DNA of 64,000 nt from a candidate division WOR-3 bacterium (GCA_965648905.1 CBFGIT010000007.1:1-64000), one strand, 5' to 3'. Shown: positions 17,700 through 27,393, counted from the stretch's first letter. Numbers and translations are program-made. The notes: a model not told the origin generated them from the sequence alone.

Positions 17700-19217
17700 T
17701 CAAGGCCCGCGGCCCTGCGGCCGGTTTACCATCAGGATGAAGAACTGGGGGAAGTCGGTCTGGTGCACGAACCGGAACAGGTGCGGGTCGTCGGCCAGCA
17801 CCGGATTGAGAAAATGCCGAGCGGTCTCGGTCCAGCGGAAGTTGTCGAACAGAATGTAGTCCGCAGCCAGTATCGCCTGGCGGACGCGGGTTCGGTCGTT
17901 GGTGAACGGGTAGCAGAAGGCCTGGCGGCCGGAGAGCAGGTAGACGAACTCGGGCTTGCGTGCCAGCACGACCGCGTCGGGGCTGGTGTTGCTCTCCAGC
18001 CAAGCGATGCACTCGAAGTACCGGCGCCAGTCCGGAGAGTAGCCGGCCAGCCGGTCGCCGTGCCGGTACGCGAGGTTATCGCGTACCGATCGGACCGCCT
18101 GGTGCCCGAGCGTAACTGCGTTCAGCGCGACAAACCCGAAGAGCACGAACGTAGCGAGGTGCGGACGTCTGAGGCGCTGTTCAATCCCAGTCAGCCCGCG
18201 GGCGATGAAAACAACCACGAGGGGCAGAAACGGGACCAGAAGCCGCTCGTCGGACCACACCTCAGGCCAGAAGACAAGCATCAGGCCGGCGCATCCGGCA
18301 AAGGCCTCGACCGCGCCGGGACGCTGCCGGTGCAGCGCGGCACCGAGTACGGTCAAGAGCGCAAGCGCGGCCCCGACCACGAAAGAAACCGGTCGGGCCG
18401 AGGCCAGAGGCAGGATTGTTCCGGGCAGAACCGTGAAGGCGTAGTGGAGGAAGTTCCGGCTGGCGCGCAAGGCAAGGTCCCAGACGCCGACTCGTCCGAA
18501 CTCGGCCACATAGGGGTCACGGGCAAGGAGCTGGTTCAAGTAGAGACTGCCGTCTCCGGCCAGGCCCGTTCGCCCCAGCCACAATCCGACCAGCGCGGCC
18601 GACGTCAGGCCGAACCCAGCCAGCGCGAGCCAGCGCCGTCGGACCAGGAACACGAGCAGGACCGCAAGCACCAGAGCAATGCCGGCAGCGCGGAGCGTGA
18701 GCGCGGCCAGTGCCAGCCCCAGGCCGGGCAGGAGCGTACGCGCCGGCCTGGACTCGGAACGGTGGAGAAAGTACAGCGCCGCGGTCGACACGGCGAGGAA
18801 AGGTATTTCGGTCAGTATCCAATGGTTGTACGTAATAACTGCCGGAATCGAAAGGACGAACCAGGCAGCAGGATGCGCCTGTCGGCCGAGCAACCGCTCG
18901 AACAGGAGCCAGATGAAGACCAAGGCGGCGAGTCCGAACAGCACGACCACGAGCTTGGCTGCGACCGGGCTGGGGCCGAAACTCATCTGCTCCAGGGCGA
19001 GCAGCGCCGGGAACCCGGGCGGGTAGTCAGTGTGTGGAGGCGTGCCGGGCAGGTGCAGATTGACGTAGCCCCGGCCGGTCGCAATCGCGCGGGCCAGAAT
19101 CAGGTAAACCGCATTGTCGCCGCCGGTGTGGAGCTTGGGGTCAAAGAGCAGGGCCGATAGTAGAGCACTAACTGCCAGATAGAGCGGCAGTCGGTCCGGG
19201 CGCAACGCACGCAGCAT
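17700..19217 (-). CDS. GT-C (ArnT/PMT-like) membrane glycosyltransferase
   Basis: 'GD.AVY..LA..IA.G.GY', 'YPPGFP..LA', 'LTE.PF', many TM segments, 'WL..NT.PDAVV'. Confidence 0.8.
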   Translation of the reverse strand: MLRALRPDRLPLYLAVSALLSALLFDPKLHTGGDNAVYLILARAIATGRGYVNLHLPGTPPHTDYPPGFPALLALEQMSFGPSPVAAKLVVVLFGLAALVFIWLLFERLLGRQAHPAAWFVLSIPAVITYNHWILTEIPFLAVSTAALYFLHRSESRPARTLLPGLGLALAALTLRAAGIALVLAVLLVFLVRRRWLALAGFGLTSAALVGLWLGRTGLAGDGSLYLNQLLARDPYVAEFGRVGVWDLALRASRNFLHYAFTVLPGTILPLASARPVSFVVGAALALLTVLGAALHRQRPGAVEAFAGCAGLMLVFWPEVWSDERLLVPFLPLVVVFIARGLTGIEQRLRRPHLATFVLFGFVALNAVTLGHQAVRSVRDNLAYRHGDRLAGYSPDWRRYFECIAWLESNTSPDAVVLARKPEFVYLLSGRQAFCYPFTNDRTRVRQAILAADYILFDNFRWTETARHFLNPVLADDPHLFRFVHQTDFPQFFILMVNRPQGRGP

Positions 19218-19223
19218 CGGTCA

Positions 19224-19311
19224 ATCGTAGGGTTCCCGGGCGACATGTCAACCCTCGACCAGTCCAGACACCATCGGGTAGCATTGACTTTGCTCGATTC
19301 GCTTCTAACAT
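19224..19311. promoter_or_regulatory. Divergent pair of probably leaderless promoters
   Basis: Minus: TTGACA(19251-46)-N16-TACGAT-6nt-ATG 19217; plus: TTGACT(19284-89)-N16-TAACAT-6nt-GTG 19318. Confidence 0.75.
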
Positions 19312-19317
19312 TGGCCC

Positions 19318-21537
19318 GTGTTGTGTGTGCTGCTCGCGCTCCTCGCGCAGGTTCCGGCCGACAGTGTGGTCGGTGATACCGCCGCGCCAGACGTGGTCTT
19401 CTACGGCGGTAAGAACGTCGTCTTCCACGCCAAGCGGGAGGAGGTCGTGCTCCGCGACTCGGCCTGGGTGCGCTACGGTGCGATGACAGTCTACTCTGAT
19501 TCCATCTTCTACGACGTGAAGCGCCATCGGCTCTCCGCATACCAGGACGTGCTGTTCGTCTCCGGCACCGAGAACATCACCGGCACGATGCTCGTCTACG
19601 ACGTTGACTCGCGCAAGGGCATGATGAGAACAGCCCGGACTGCGGTCGAGAACGGGTTCTTTCGGGCCAGTGAAGTCTGGCTCGTGCGGGAGCGCGTGCT
19701 CCACGCCCGGGGTGGAACCTATACGACCTGCGACCACGAGCATCCGCACTACGTCTTTTTCGGCCCGCGCGTCAAGCTGCTGATGGACGATATCGCGGTG
19801 GTCGAGCCGGTCGTGTTCAAGGTCGGTCCGGTTCCTCTGCTGGCGGCACCGTTCTGGCTGGTTCCGGTTGCGTCGAAACGGAAGTCCGGACTGATGCCCT
19901 TCAAGGTCGGCAGCTCCTCGACCGAGGGGCTCTATTCCAAGAACATGGCCTACTACTGGGTTATCAACGACTATTCTGACATGACGTTCTATGCCGACCT
20001 GATGACCCGAAGCGGGCTGCAGTTGCGCGGCGAGGGCATCTACGTCGTCAACCCCTATGCCGTGGGCAACCTGACCGGAGCGTACCTGCGCGAATGGGGC
20101 ACGAGCCGCACCCGCTACAGCATCAACGGGTTTCATCGCTCCAGCCGGTTCCTGTTCGGCACCGAACTCGACGCCAAGGCCGATTTCGTTTCAGACCGAA
20201 CCTATGTACCGGACTACAGTGAGGAGCGGCTCGACTGGCTCAAACAGGACGTGTTCTCCTATGCCCGACTGGCCCGACGTATCCGGCGGGTCGGCAGCTT
20301 CTCGGCTCAGGCCGAGCGGTACGTTGACTTCACGCGCCATCGGCGCTACGAAGTCCTGCCGTCGGTCCGGGTCGGGCTGGGCACGAGGCCGCTCGGCGCA
20401 GGCTGGACTTATGGCCCGGGTCTGTCTTACACCGGCCGGGCAGACATCCTGTCCGACTCGGCCGGGGCGGACACTCTGCGCGACCACGCGCGCCAGGGTG
20501 GCGCCGACCTGAACGTCTCGAGCCCGCAGTACTCGCTGGGCGAGTTTGCCAGCCTGAGTTTCAACGACGGCATCGGGCTGTTCGAACGACGTTCGTGGCG
20601 GAACGGCATGCTCAAGGACCGCTCGCGGAGCATCACGAACTCAGCCGGCCTGACCACAAGCCAGCGGGTCCGGGGCGTGTTTGACCTAAGTCAGGGGCTG
20701 AATCTGAGTCAGACCGACAACCTCTACGACACCGTGCCGACCGAGTGCCGCTACTCGGCAACCGCCGACGTCCGCACCACGCTCTACCGAGTCTTCTCGA
20801 CCACCGCCTTCAACATGCGCGGTCTGCTCCATACCGTCATCCCCAGTGCCGGGCTGTCCTATCTGCCCGAGGTCGAGCCGGGCGGCGTATTCGGCCGACC
20901 CCGGTTTGCGGTTCCGGCCCAAGGCACCGGCCTGCGCTTCAACGTCGCCAACACTTTTCAGGGCAAGTTCGACACCCTGGGCATGAAGCGCGACCTGGGC
21001 TCGGTCAACCTGGGCTCAGGTTACAACCTTATCTCGAAACAGATCAACCCGCTCGACGTGAACGCTGCGATTCAGCCTGTGCAGGGAACGCGCCTCACGC
21101 TCAACATCGATGCCCAGGCTTCCTGGAAGCTCGACTCGCTTCCCCGGCCCCGCAACTACGCACTTGCGACCGCGTTCTACTGGAACGGATTTGCCACCGA
21201 CACCGCCCACCACCGGGACCAGGGCGTGCAGCTCGGACTGCGCCACACCCTGGGCGGCAGCTCGGGCAGCGCGGCGTACAACATGGTGACGGCCAGCGCG
21301 GCCGTGGCCGCGTTCGGCTGGAAGCTCACCCTGAACGACTTCGGATACAACTTCCAGGCCCGGCAACTGGCGAACTACAGCTTCACGCTCTGGCGCGACC
21401 TTCACTGCTGGGAGGCGATTGTCAACCTGCAGAAACTCGGACCGAAGTGGAACTACGACTTCGAGATGCGCATCAAGAAACTGCCTGACGTCCGGTTCGG
21501 CAAGTCGCTCTTCCGCGGGATTCTGCCCGGCTCATGA
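19318..21537 (+). CDS. lptD: LPS-assembly outer-membrane protein, LptD-like
   Basis: OstA-like N-terminus, 'YTTCD...PHY', 'RKSGL.P..G', C-terminal 'RDLHCWEA'. Confidence 0.85.
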   Translation: MLCVLLALLAQVPADSVVGDTAAPDVVFYGGKNVVFHAKREEVVLRDSAWVRYGAMTVYSDSIFYDVKRHRLSAYQDVLFVSGTENITGTMLVYDVDSRKGMMRTARTAVENGFFRASEVWLVRERVLHARGGTYTTCDHEHPHYVFFGPRVKLLMDDIAVVEPVVFKVGPVPLLAAPFWLVPVASKRKSGLMPFKVGSSSTEGLYSKNMAYYWVINDYSDMTFYADLMTRSGLQLRGEGIYVVNPYAVGNLTGAYLREWGTSRTRYSINGFHRSSRFLFGTELDAKADFVSDRTYVPDYSEERLDWLKQDVFSYARLARRIRRVGSFSAQAERYVDFTRHRRYEVLPSVRVGLGTRPLGAGWTYGPGLSYTGRADILSDSAGADTLRDHARQGGADLNVSSPQYSLGEFASLSFNDGIGLFERRSWRNGMLKDRSRSITNSAGLTTSQRVRGVFDLSQGLNLSQTDNLYDTVPTECRYSATADVRTTLYRVFSTTAFNMRGLLHTVIPSAGLSYLPEVEPGGVFGRPRFAVPAQGTGLRFNVANTFQGKFDTLGMKRDLGSVNLGSGYNLISKQINPLDVNAAIQPVQGTRLTLNIDAQASWKLDSLPRPRNYALATAFYWNGFATDTAHHRDQGVQLGLRHTLGGSSGSAAYNMVTASAAVAAFGWKLTLNDFGYNFQARQLANYSFTLWRDLHCWEAIVNLQKLGPKWNYDFEMRIKKLPDVRFGKSLFRGILPGS

Positions 21538-22136
21538 TGCTCTACCTTGCCTCGGTCTCGCCCCGACGACAGGAGCTGCTTTCCCGGCTCGGCCTAAGGT
21601 TTCATCAACTTGAGCCGGCGGTCTGTGAAGAGGAGCTGCTCGCCCGGATCGGACACAGTGACCCGGCCCGATTTGCCCGGACCGCGGCCCGGGCCAAAGC
21701 CTGGTCGGTTCTTGGTCGGGTCCGGAAAGGGCTGATCATCGGCGTGGATACGGTCGTGGTCGTTCGTGGCACGATTCTGGGCAAACCCCGGACCAGAGCC
21801 GACGCCCGTCAGATGCTTGGTCTACTCTCGGGACGCGCGCACCGCGTCATCTCCGGCGTCGCGGTCGTGCGCCGGCCGGATAACCGAACCTTCACCGGGA
21901 TCGAGACGACGCGGGTGCAGTTCCGAAAGCTCGGGGCCGGGGAAATCAAGCGCTACATCGCGACCCCGGAACCGTATGACAAGGCCGGCGCATACGGCAT
22001 TCAGGAAGGCGCGGGTGTATTTGTCTCGCGCGTGAACGGTTGCTGGCTCAATGTCGTCGGCCTGCCGGTCACGCTACTGCTCAAGCTGCTCGGTCGAGCC
22101 GGCTACCGACTGATGCGCAGCACGCGTATCCAGTAG
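21534..22136 (+). CDS. maf: Maf nucleotide pyrophosphatase (YhdE type)
   Basis: 'LAS.SPRR.ELL', 'DTVV', 'LGKP', 'DKAGAYGIQ', 'NVVGLP'. Confidence 0.93.
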   Translation: MMLYLASVSPRRQELLSRLGLRFHQLEPAVCEEELLARIGHSDPARFARTAARAKAWSVLGRVRKGLIIGVDTVVVVRGTILGKPRTRADARQMLGLLSGRAHRVISGVAVVRRPDNRTFTGIETTRVQFRKLGAGEIKRYIATPEPYDKAGAYGIQEGAGVFVSRVNGCWLNVVGLPVTLLLKLLGRAGYRLMRSTRIQ

Positions 22137-22777
22137 TTGTAGTCGGCAGTGTTGTCGGTGTTGTCAATCACAACCCGATACCGGCCGGTGGCCGGAACCA
22201 CAACCGAGAAGGTATCGGCCCGATAGGCAATCCGCCGGAGCAGCGGATGGGCCGCCCCACCGTTTGCCCACTGCTGGAAGTTAGGTTCGTCCATCACCAT
22301 CAGATAGGTTGAACCAGACGTATCAGCCACGGTTCGGGCGGTCCCGGCCAAGGTGTGGCCGACCCGGGCCGTGTCGACCCAGCTTGTGAACTGACCGGCC
22401 TTGACCGCGCCGTCCCACCACGGAACAAACACGGTTGTGTCACGCATGACGACGACCCGCAGGCTCTCCGCGCTGGCAACGTCCTGGCTGTCTTTGACGA
22501 CCACGCCCAGCCAGGCCGTATCAGAAGAATCCGGGCTGAACCACTGCACCAGCCGACCGGTATCTGCGGTGACCCGGCCGCGCGTTGCGATCCACTTGTA
22601 GTACAACCTGCCACCCTCCGGGTCATACGCCTCGACCCGGTACTCGGCGCTGTCCCGGGCGCTCACGTGGCGCGGCCCGTCGAGCGAAGCGACGACCGGG
22701 GCCTGATTCGGCCCGCGGGTGCATGCCAGTAGTGCCACTACCGACAACAAGCCGGAACGGAAGGACAGATAACGCAC
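22103..22777 (-). CDS. Lipoprotein with Ig/PKD-like domain
   Basis: Lipobox LLAC; 'NQAP', 'AYDPEG..L.Y.W'. Confidence 0.7.
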   Translation of the reverse strand: MRYLSFRSGLLSVVALLACTRGPNQAPVVASLDGPRHVSARDSAEYRVEAYDPEGGRLYYKWIATRGRVTADTGRLVQWFSPDSSDTAWLGVVVKDSQDVASAESLRVVVMRDTTVFVPWWDGAVKAGQFTSWVDTARVGHTLAGTARTVADTSGSTYLMVMDEPNFQQWANGGAAHPLLRRIAYRADTFSVVVPATGRYRVVIDNTDNTADYNYWIRVLRISR

Positions 22778-22884
22778 GCTGCCGTAGTTCTACCGCGGCT
22801 TCTGCCTGCTGTCAAGTCAGCGCGTTGCCCGGAATCTACTGACGTAACCTCGGCAGCACCTTGCTGCTGCCCTGAAATCAGCAC

Positions 22885-22912
22885 TTGACCCAGCGCCAGT
22901 TCTTGCTACCAT
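22885..22912 (+). promoter_or_regulatory. lexA promoter
   Basis: TTGACC-N16-TACCAT with TG extension, 8 nt before ATG 22921. Confidence 0.7.
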
Positions 22913-22928
22913 GTAAACATATGTTTAC
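22913..22928. promoter_or_regulatory. Candidate LexA operator (SOS box)
   Basis: Perfect palindrome GTAAACATATGTTTAC directly after the -10 and overlapping the start codon. Confidence 0.75.
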
Positions 22929-23514
22929 TAAAACTAAAGACCGTCGGGTTAAGATATTGGAGTTCGTCCGACGTTATATTGAAGAACACGGCTTTGCTCC
23001 GAGCGTCCGGGAGATCGGTTCATCAGTCGGCATCAAAAGCACCAAGGCGGTAAAGTATCACCTGGACATTCTGGTGAATGAAGGTCTGCTCCAACGCACC
23101 AACCGCCAGGCGCGTACCCTGCGCACATCACACCAACCCGATGCCCTGCCCCTGCTCGGCCGCATCGCTGCCGGCACGCCGCTTCTGGCAGTCGAGAATG
23201 TCGAAGCTCAGATTTCGCTGAACCAGTTCCGCGATTGCTTCCTGCTCAGAGTCAAGGGCAACAGTATGAGCGGCGCCGGTATCCTGGACGGCGACATGGT
23301 CATGATCCGACCCCAGTCTGCTGCCCGCGACGGTGAAATCATCGCTGCCCTGCTCGACAACGAAGCTACGGTCAAACGATTCCGCCAGACTCGACAGAGC
23401 ATCGTTCTTGAACCGGCTAATCCTGATTTTGAGCCGATTGTCGTTGATACGACGCGCTGCGACTTCCGGGTCATCGGCGTCGTAGCCGGGCTGCTGCGTA
23501 ATTACAACAAGTAG
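22921..23514 (+). CDS. lexA: SOS repressor LexA
   Basis: wHTH 'G.APSVREI', Ala-Gly site 'GRIAAG.P', catalytic 'GNSM' and 'ATVKR'. Confidence 0.95.
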   Translation: MFTKTKDRRVKILEFVRRYIEEHGFAPSVREIGSSVGIKSTKAVKYHLDILVNEGLLQRTNRQARTLRTSHQPDALPLLGRIAAGTPLLAVENVEAQISLNQFRDCFLLRVKGNSMSGAGILDGDMVMIRPQSAARDGEIIAALLDNEATVKRFRQTRQSIVLEPANPDFEPIVVDTTRCDFRVIGVVAGLLRNYNK

Positions 23515-23524
23515 GAGAGCGACC

Positions 23525-23596
23525 GTGAACCATGCCCAACAGCAACGATTCAGAAACCAGCCGACAAGAACGGAGAAAAGCCGGAGGACAGAATGA
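23525..23596 (+). CDS. Possible 23-aa translationally coupled mini-ORF
   Basis: AGGAG before GTG 23525; its TGA overlaps the next ATG (ATGA). Confidence 0.3.
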   Translation: MNHAQQQRFRNQPTRTEKSRRTE

Positions 23597-23865
23597 CCCA
23601 TCTCCGCCTTAATGAACACGTCAAGGTCTACGCCTTGTACAAAGAGACCGGCAACGACCGGTTCCCGCACGACAAGCTGAAACCGGTGATGTTCATCTGG
23701 CGTAACCAGGAATACCGGGTCCAGGACGTCACCTATGTCTGGCGCGAGAATCAGGGCCAGGCCGATGTCTATCATTTTACCGTCTCGGACGGCACCAACG
23801 TCTTCGAGCTCTGTTACAACGCCAAAGACCTCGAGTGGACCATTGCCGGAACCTATAGCGGATAA
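23593..23865 (+). CDS. Small beta-rich protein, DUF6504/ImuB-C-terminal-like
   Basis: GGAGG RBS; 'P..F.W....Y.V......W...G....HF.V......FEL.Y......W' pattern; lies between lexA and the polymerase. Confidence 0.7.
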   Translation: MTHLRLNEHVKVYALYKETGNDRFPHDKLKPVMFIWRNQEYRVQDVTYVWRENQGQADVYHFTVSDGTNVFELCYNAKDLEWTIAGTYSG

Positions 23866-23871
23866 CGCCTG

Positions 23872-25104
23872 ATGACCGGCCGCGAGCGCACGGTGTTACA
23901 CGTCGATATGGACGCCTTCTTCGCTTCGGTCGAGCAGCAGGTTTTCCCATTTCTGCGCGGCAAGCCCATCGGTGTGTGCGGAGACCCGGGCGGCCGCACG
24001 GTCATCGCCGCAGCTTCCTACGAGGCCAAACGTCGTGGTGTCAAAACCGCCATGACCATTCCCGAGGCAAAGAAACTCTGCCCGGAAATCATCCTCGTAC
24101 CCGGCAACCCGGCGCGGTACGTCGACACATCAACCCGCATCCTTGCGTACTACATCACTTATACCGACTTAGTCGAAGTCTTCTCCGTCGACGAGGCATT
24201 CCTTGATGTCACCCACACCGCGCACCTGTTCGGCGGTCCAGAAAACATCGCTCATAATATCAAGACCTGGCTCAAAACGGAGTTCGGCTTGACTTGCTCT
24301 ATTGGCATCGCACCCAACAAACTGCTGGCCAAACTGGTCGGCGACATGCACAAACCTGACGGTCTGACCGTAGTCCGGCAGTCAGAGGTTGCGGCGCTGC
24401 TTAGAGACCTGCCGGTACGGGAACTGTGCGGTATCGGCGGGAGAACCGAAGCTCGGCTGGCACAGCTCGGCATCAGAACCTGTGGCGAACTGGGCCGCCA
24501 CGACGAGAAGGCCCTGGTCGCGGTCTTCGGCATCAACGGCTCGCGCCTGAAACGCATGGGCCAGGGAGTGGACGAAAGTCCGGTCATGCCCTATCACCAC
24601 GAACCCGCCACCAAGTCAATGGGCCATTCCATGACCCTGGAGCGCGACACCAGGGACATGGCGGTCATCCAGCGCCACCTGCTGCAGTTGTCGGAGCAGG
24701 TTGGTCGTCGCCTGCGCAAGGATAACTATGCCGGCCGCACGGTTTCGCTCGTGCTGCGCTACGCCGACTTCTCGACCTTTATCAAGCAACACAGCCTGTC
24801 CGGCTACCTGGACGATGGTCACCGCATCTACCAGGTGGGGCTGAAGCTCTTCGGCGAGCTTTACAAACCGCCCCGGCTCATTCGCCTCTTGGGTATCAGC
24901 GTTTCCGGCCTAGTCCGGGAACTCAAACACGAAGCGATGTTTACGGACCAGCGGTCGGGCTCGCTTTTCGATTCGGTCGACGCCATCAACAGCCGCTACG
25001 GTGAGTTCTCGGTCGCCCGGGCAAAGCTCCAGGAACGCAGCCGCGTGCCGCGAGTGATTTCACCGTCATGGCGACCGGGTGCACCAACACCGGGCGCCCG
25101 GTGA
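23872..25104 (+). CDS. dinB: Y-family DNA polymerase (DinB/Pol IV-like)
   Basis: 'HVDMDAFFASVE', 'SYEAK', 'SVDEAFLD', 'NKLLAK', 'KPDG'; C-terminal 'VDAINSRYG'. Confidence 0.95.
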   Translation: MTGRERTVLHVDMDAFFASVEQQVFPFLRGKPIGVCGDPGGRTVIAAASYEAKRRGVKTAMTIPEAKKLCPEIILVPGNPARYVDTSTRILAYYITYTDLVEVFSVDEAFLDVTHTAHLFGGPENIAHNIKTWLKTEFGLTCSIGIAPNKLLAKLVGDMHKPDGLTVVRQSEVAALLRDLPVRELCGIGGRTEARLAQLGIRTCGELGRHDEKALVAVFGINGSRLKRMGQGVDESPVMPYHHEPATKSMGHSMTLERDTRDMAVIQRHLLQLSEQVGRRLRKDNYAGRTVSLVLRYADFSTFIKQHSLSGYLDDGHRIYQVGLKLFGELYKPPRLIRLLGISVSGLVRELKHEAMFTDQRSGSLFDSVDAINSRYGEFSVARAKLQERSRVPRVISPSWRPGAPTPGAR

Positions 25105-25108
25105 AAAC

Positions 25109-25133
25109 AGAGGGGCGGCAGAGCCGCCCCTCT
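25109..25133. terminator. Hairpin between convergent genes
   Basis: AGAGGGGCGGC-AGA-GCCGCCCCTCT. Confidence 0.75.
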
Positions 25134-25151
25134 AGGCCGTGAACTAGTCGC

Positions 25152-27164
25152 TCATCTCGGCGGAACGTGGACCTCGCCGCTTGGGCAGTCGTAGAACGTG
25201 TTGTTCGCCCGCAGCTCAGCCGGGGAAGGATAGACATCACCATCAAGGTAGATGCCCCAGTTCGCGCTGTGCCCGATACTGCATCCGGTCACGGTCGGCG
25301 TACAGTCGTAGATGTAGATGTTACCGTAGTCATCACCACCAGCATACTCGACCTTGCAGTTCTTCAACTGACACTGGCTGCTGATCGACTGAGAGTAGAA
25401 CGACAGCCGTTTCCAGTCACCGGCGGAAGCCGGTTCGACCGAACTCGTGAAGGTAATCTGGCCGGCCGTGCCATCGGCAAACAGGGCGCCCGGAGCAGAG
25501 TAGCCGACGTAGAACTCTGTCCGCGGGGTCATCTTCACGGTTGTCCCCGGCGCAATCGTCAGCTTGGGATTGCTGGTCGCGTCGGAAACGTAGGCGTTGC
25601 CATCAACCACATAGGGCACGTTGTGGTTCAACCATGTGCCTGTCGTCTTGATGTTTCCGCCGTCAACCAGGATGCCGTTCTTGGTGTTGCCGGTCAGCAC
25701 GTTGCCAGGCCCCAGTGTCCACACCTTGTCGGCCTCGATGCCAATCGGATACTCCCCTGAGGTTGTAATGGCATTGCTGCTGAAGTCATCAAAGTAACCG
25801 TCTTCGTCGACGAAGATACCGTACTTCGCGTTCTTTCGCACCGTGCAGTTGTCCATCTTGATGTGGCAGCCGTGAACGTACACCGCTCCTTGGGTGCTGG
25901 AACCGCCTGCCCGCTCAATGATGCAGTAACTGAGCCGGGCGTTCGAGATCGTCTGGTTATAGAAGCTGAGTGCTTCCCAGATTCCGGCCACCGTGTCGGT
26001 CAGTCCGGTGAACGTAATCGGCGAGCTCGCGGTCCCGACGGCGATGATTGACCCAGGCGAGTTGTAGCCGCAGTAGAACTCAACGCCCGGATTCATCGAG
26101 ACCGTAACTCCAGCGCTGATGGTGAGCGTCGCATCATCCCGCACATAGGCGTCGCCCCTGACCACGTAGGGCACGCCATGATTCAGCCAGGTACCGCTCG
26201 TTGAAATAGCACCACCGTCCACTTCGATGCCGTCCTTGGTATTGCCGGTCAGGACGTTGCCCGTACCCATGGTTCGGACGAAGTTGGCATCAATCCGCAC
26301 CGGGTACTTCGTACAGCCGGTGATGGTATTGTTGCTGAAGTCGCTGAAGTAGCCGTTATCATCAACATATACACCATAGCCACCGCTCTTGCGAATGATG
26401 GTATGGTCAAGCCTGATATTGCAGGCCTCGACGAGAACGGCACCATTGTCCCCAGACCCCTTGCCGCCGAACAGCACCTGGCAGTAGCTCATCCGCGCGG
26501 TTGAGATAGTGTTGCTGTAGAACCCGACGTCCTCCCAGAATCCGGGCACGGTGTCAGACAGGGCTGTAAAGGTAATCATCGAATCCGGGGTTCCGATTGC
26601 GATGATCGAACCCGGGTTCGAGTAACCGGTATACAGCTCGGTGCCGGCCGAGAACTTCACGACGCAGCCCGGCTTGATGGTCAGGGTCACGTTGTTCCCG
26701 GTGTAGACATCGCTGTCGATGATATGCGGGTTGCCCGAAGGCCACCAGGTTTCGTCCTGGGGTATCATTCCCGAGTGGTGAGTCGGACCGGTGCCGCCAC
26801 CGCCGCCAGCAATGGTGATGGTGACGGCCGCAGACGTTGTCGTGTTTTCGGCCGCATCGTACGCCTTGGCGACAAGCGCATAGCTTGAACCGGGTACCTG
26901 GGCCGCGGTATCAGACCAGGTGTAGCGGAACGTATCGCCCGCTCCACCAACATTGTCCGTGCCCTTAAGAGCGCCGGCAACATAGAACTCCACTTTGGTC
27001 ACCGCCTTGTTGTCGGTGGCGACCGCCTTGATGACGATGTCGCCTCGGTTCACGGTCCCCGACGGCGAAACGATTGTAACGGTTGGAGCCTCGGTATCAT
27101 TGCCCGGGCAGCCAACCAGCATGACGAGCGCGGCAAGCGCGGTCAGCGTCAGGTGTCTTTTCAC
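25152..27164 (-). CDS. Surface lipoprotein: Ig-like domain plus three right-handed beta-helix modules
   Basis: AGGAGG RBS and GTG; lipobox LVGC; 'DTEAPTV...ATDN..V.KVEFY'; three 'TW.....P......LTI..G......GY..PG' repeats. Confidence 0.85.
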   Translation of the reverse strand: MKRHLTLTALAALVMLVGCPGNDTEAPTVTIVSPSGTVNRGDIVIKAVATDNKAVTKVEFYVAGALKGTDNVGGAGDTFRYTWSDTAAQVPGSSYALVAKAYDAAENTTTSAAVTITIAGGGGGTGPTHHSGMIPQDETWWPSGNPHIIDSDVYTGNNVTLTIKPGCVVKFSAGTELYTGYSNPGSIIAIGTPDSMITFTALSDTVPGFWEDVGFYSNTISTARMSYCQVLFGGKGSGDNGAVLVEACNIRLDHTIIRKSGGYGVYVDDNGYFSDFSNNTITGCTKYPVRIDANFVRTMGTGNVLTGNTKDGIEVDGGAISTSGTWLNHGVPYVVRGDAYVRDDATLTISAGVTVSMNPGVEFYCGYNSPGSIIAVGTASSPITFTGLTDTVAGIWEALSFYNQTISNARLSYCIIERAGGSSTQGAVYVHGCHIKMDNCTVRKNAKYGIFVDEDGYFDDFSSNAITTSGEYPIGIEADKVWTLGPGNVLTGNTKNGILVDGGNIKTTGTWLNHNVPYVVDGNAYVSDATSNPKLTIAPGTTVKMTPRTEFYVGYSAPGALFADGTAGQITFTSSVEPASAGDWKRLSFYSQSISSQCQLKNCKVEYAGGDDYGNIYIYDCTPTVTGCSIGHSANWGIYLDGDVYPSPAELRANNTFYDCPSGEVHVPPR

Positions 27165-27393
27165 GTAGTTCCTCCTTATGGGTTGGATGGCACCTGTGTC
27201 TTTGAAGTCCGGAACGCCGCAGCGTCCGAACCACATCGTCTGCATTGTAGTGCCAACCCGAGCCATTGTCCAGCGCTGCACTCAGCGCTTGAGAACGGAA
27301 CCGGGCCCGGTTCAGCCGACAGCGGGAAGTGTGGCTGGGCTTGCCTGCACCAGCCTGAGACCTGTGATGCTCCGCAAACCTGTCGGCTGAGGC

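Noticed and set aside
17613..19160. Long antisense ORFs (e.g. 17613-19160, 36542-37678, 38329-39351, 60299-61672)
   Set aside because: Shadow ORFs opposite well-supported genes in GC-rich DNA.
27181..27390. Further dodecamer array in the 27.2-kb spacer
   Set aside because: Only one in-phase repeat (CAGCGC x2) and no consistently conserved position by eye; needs a statistical test.
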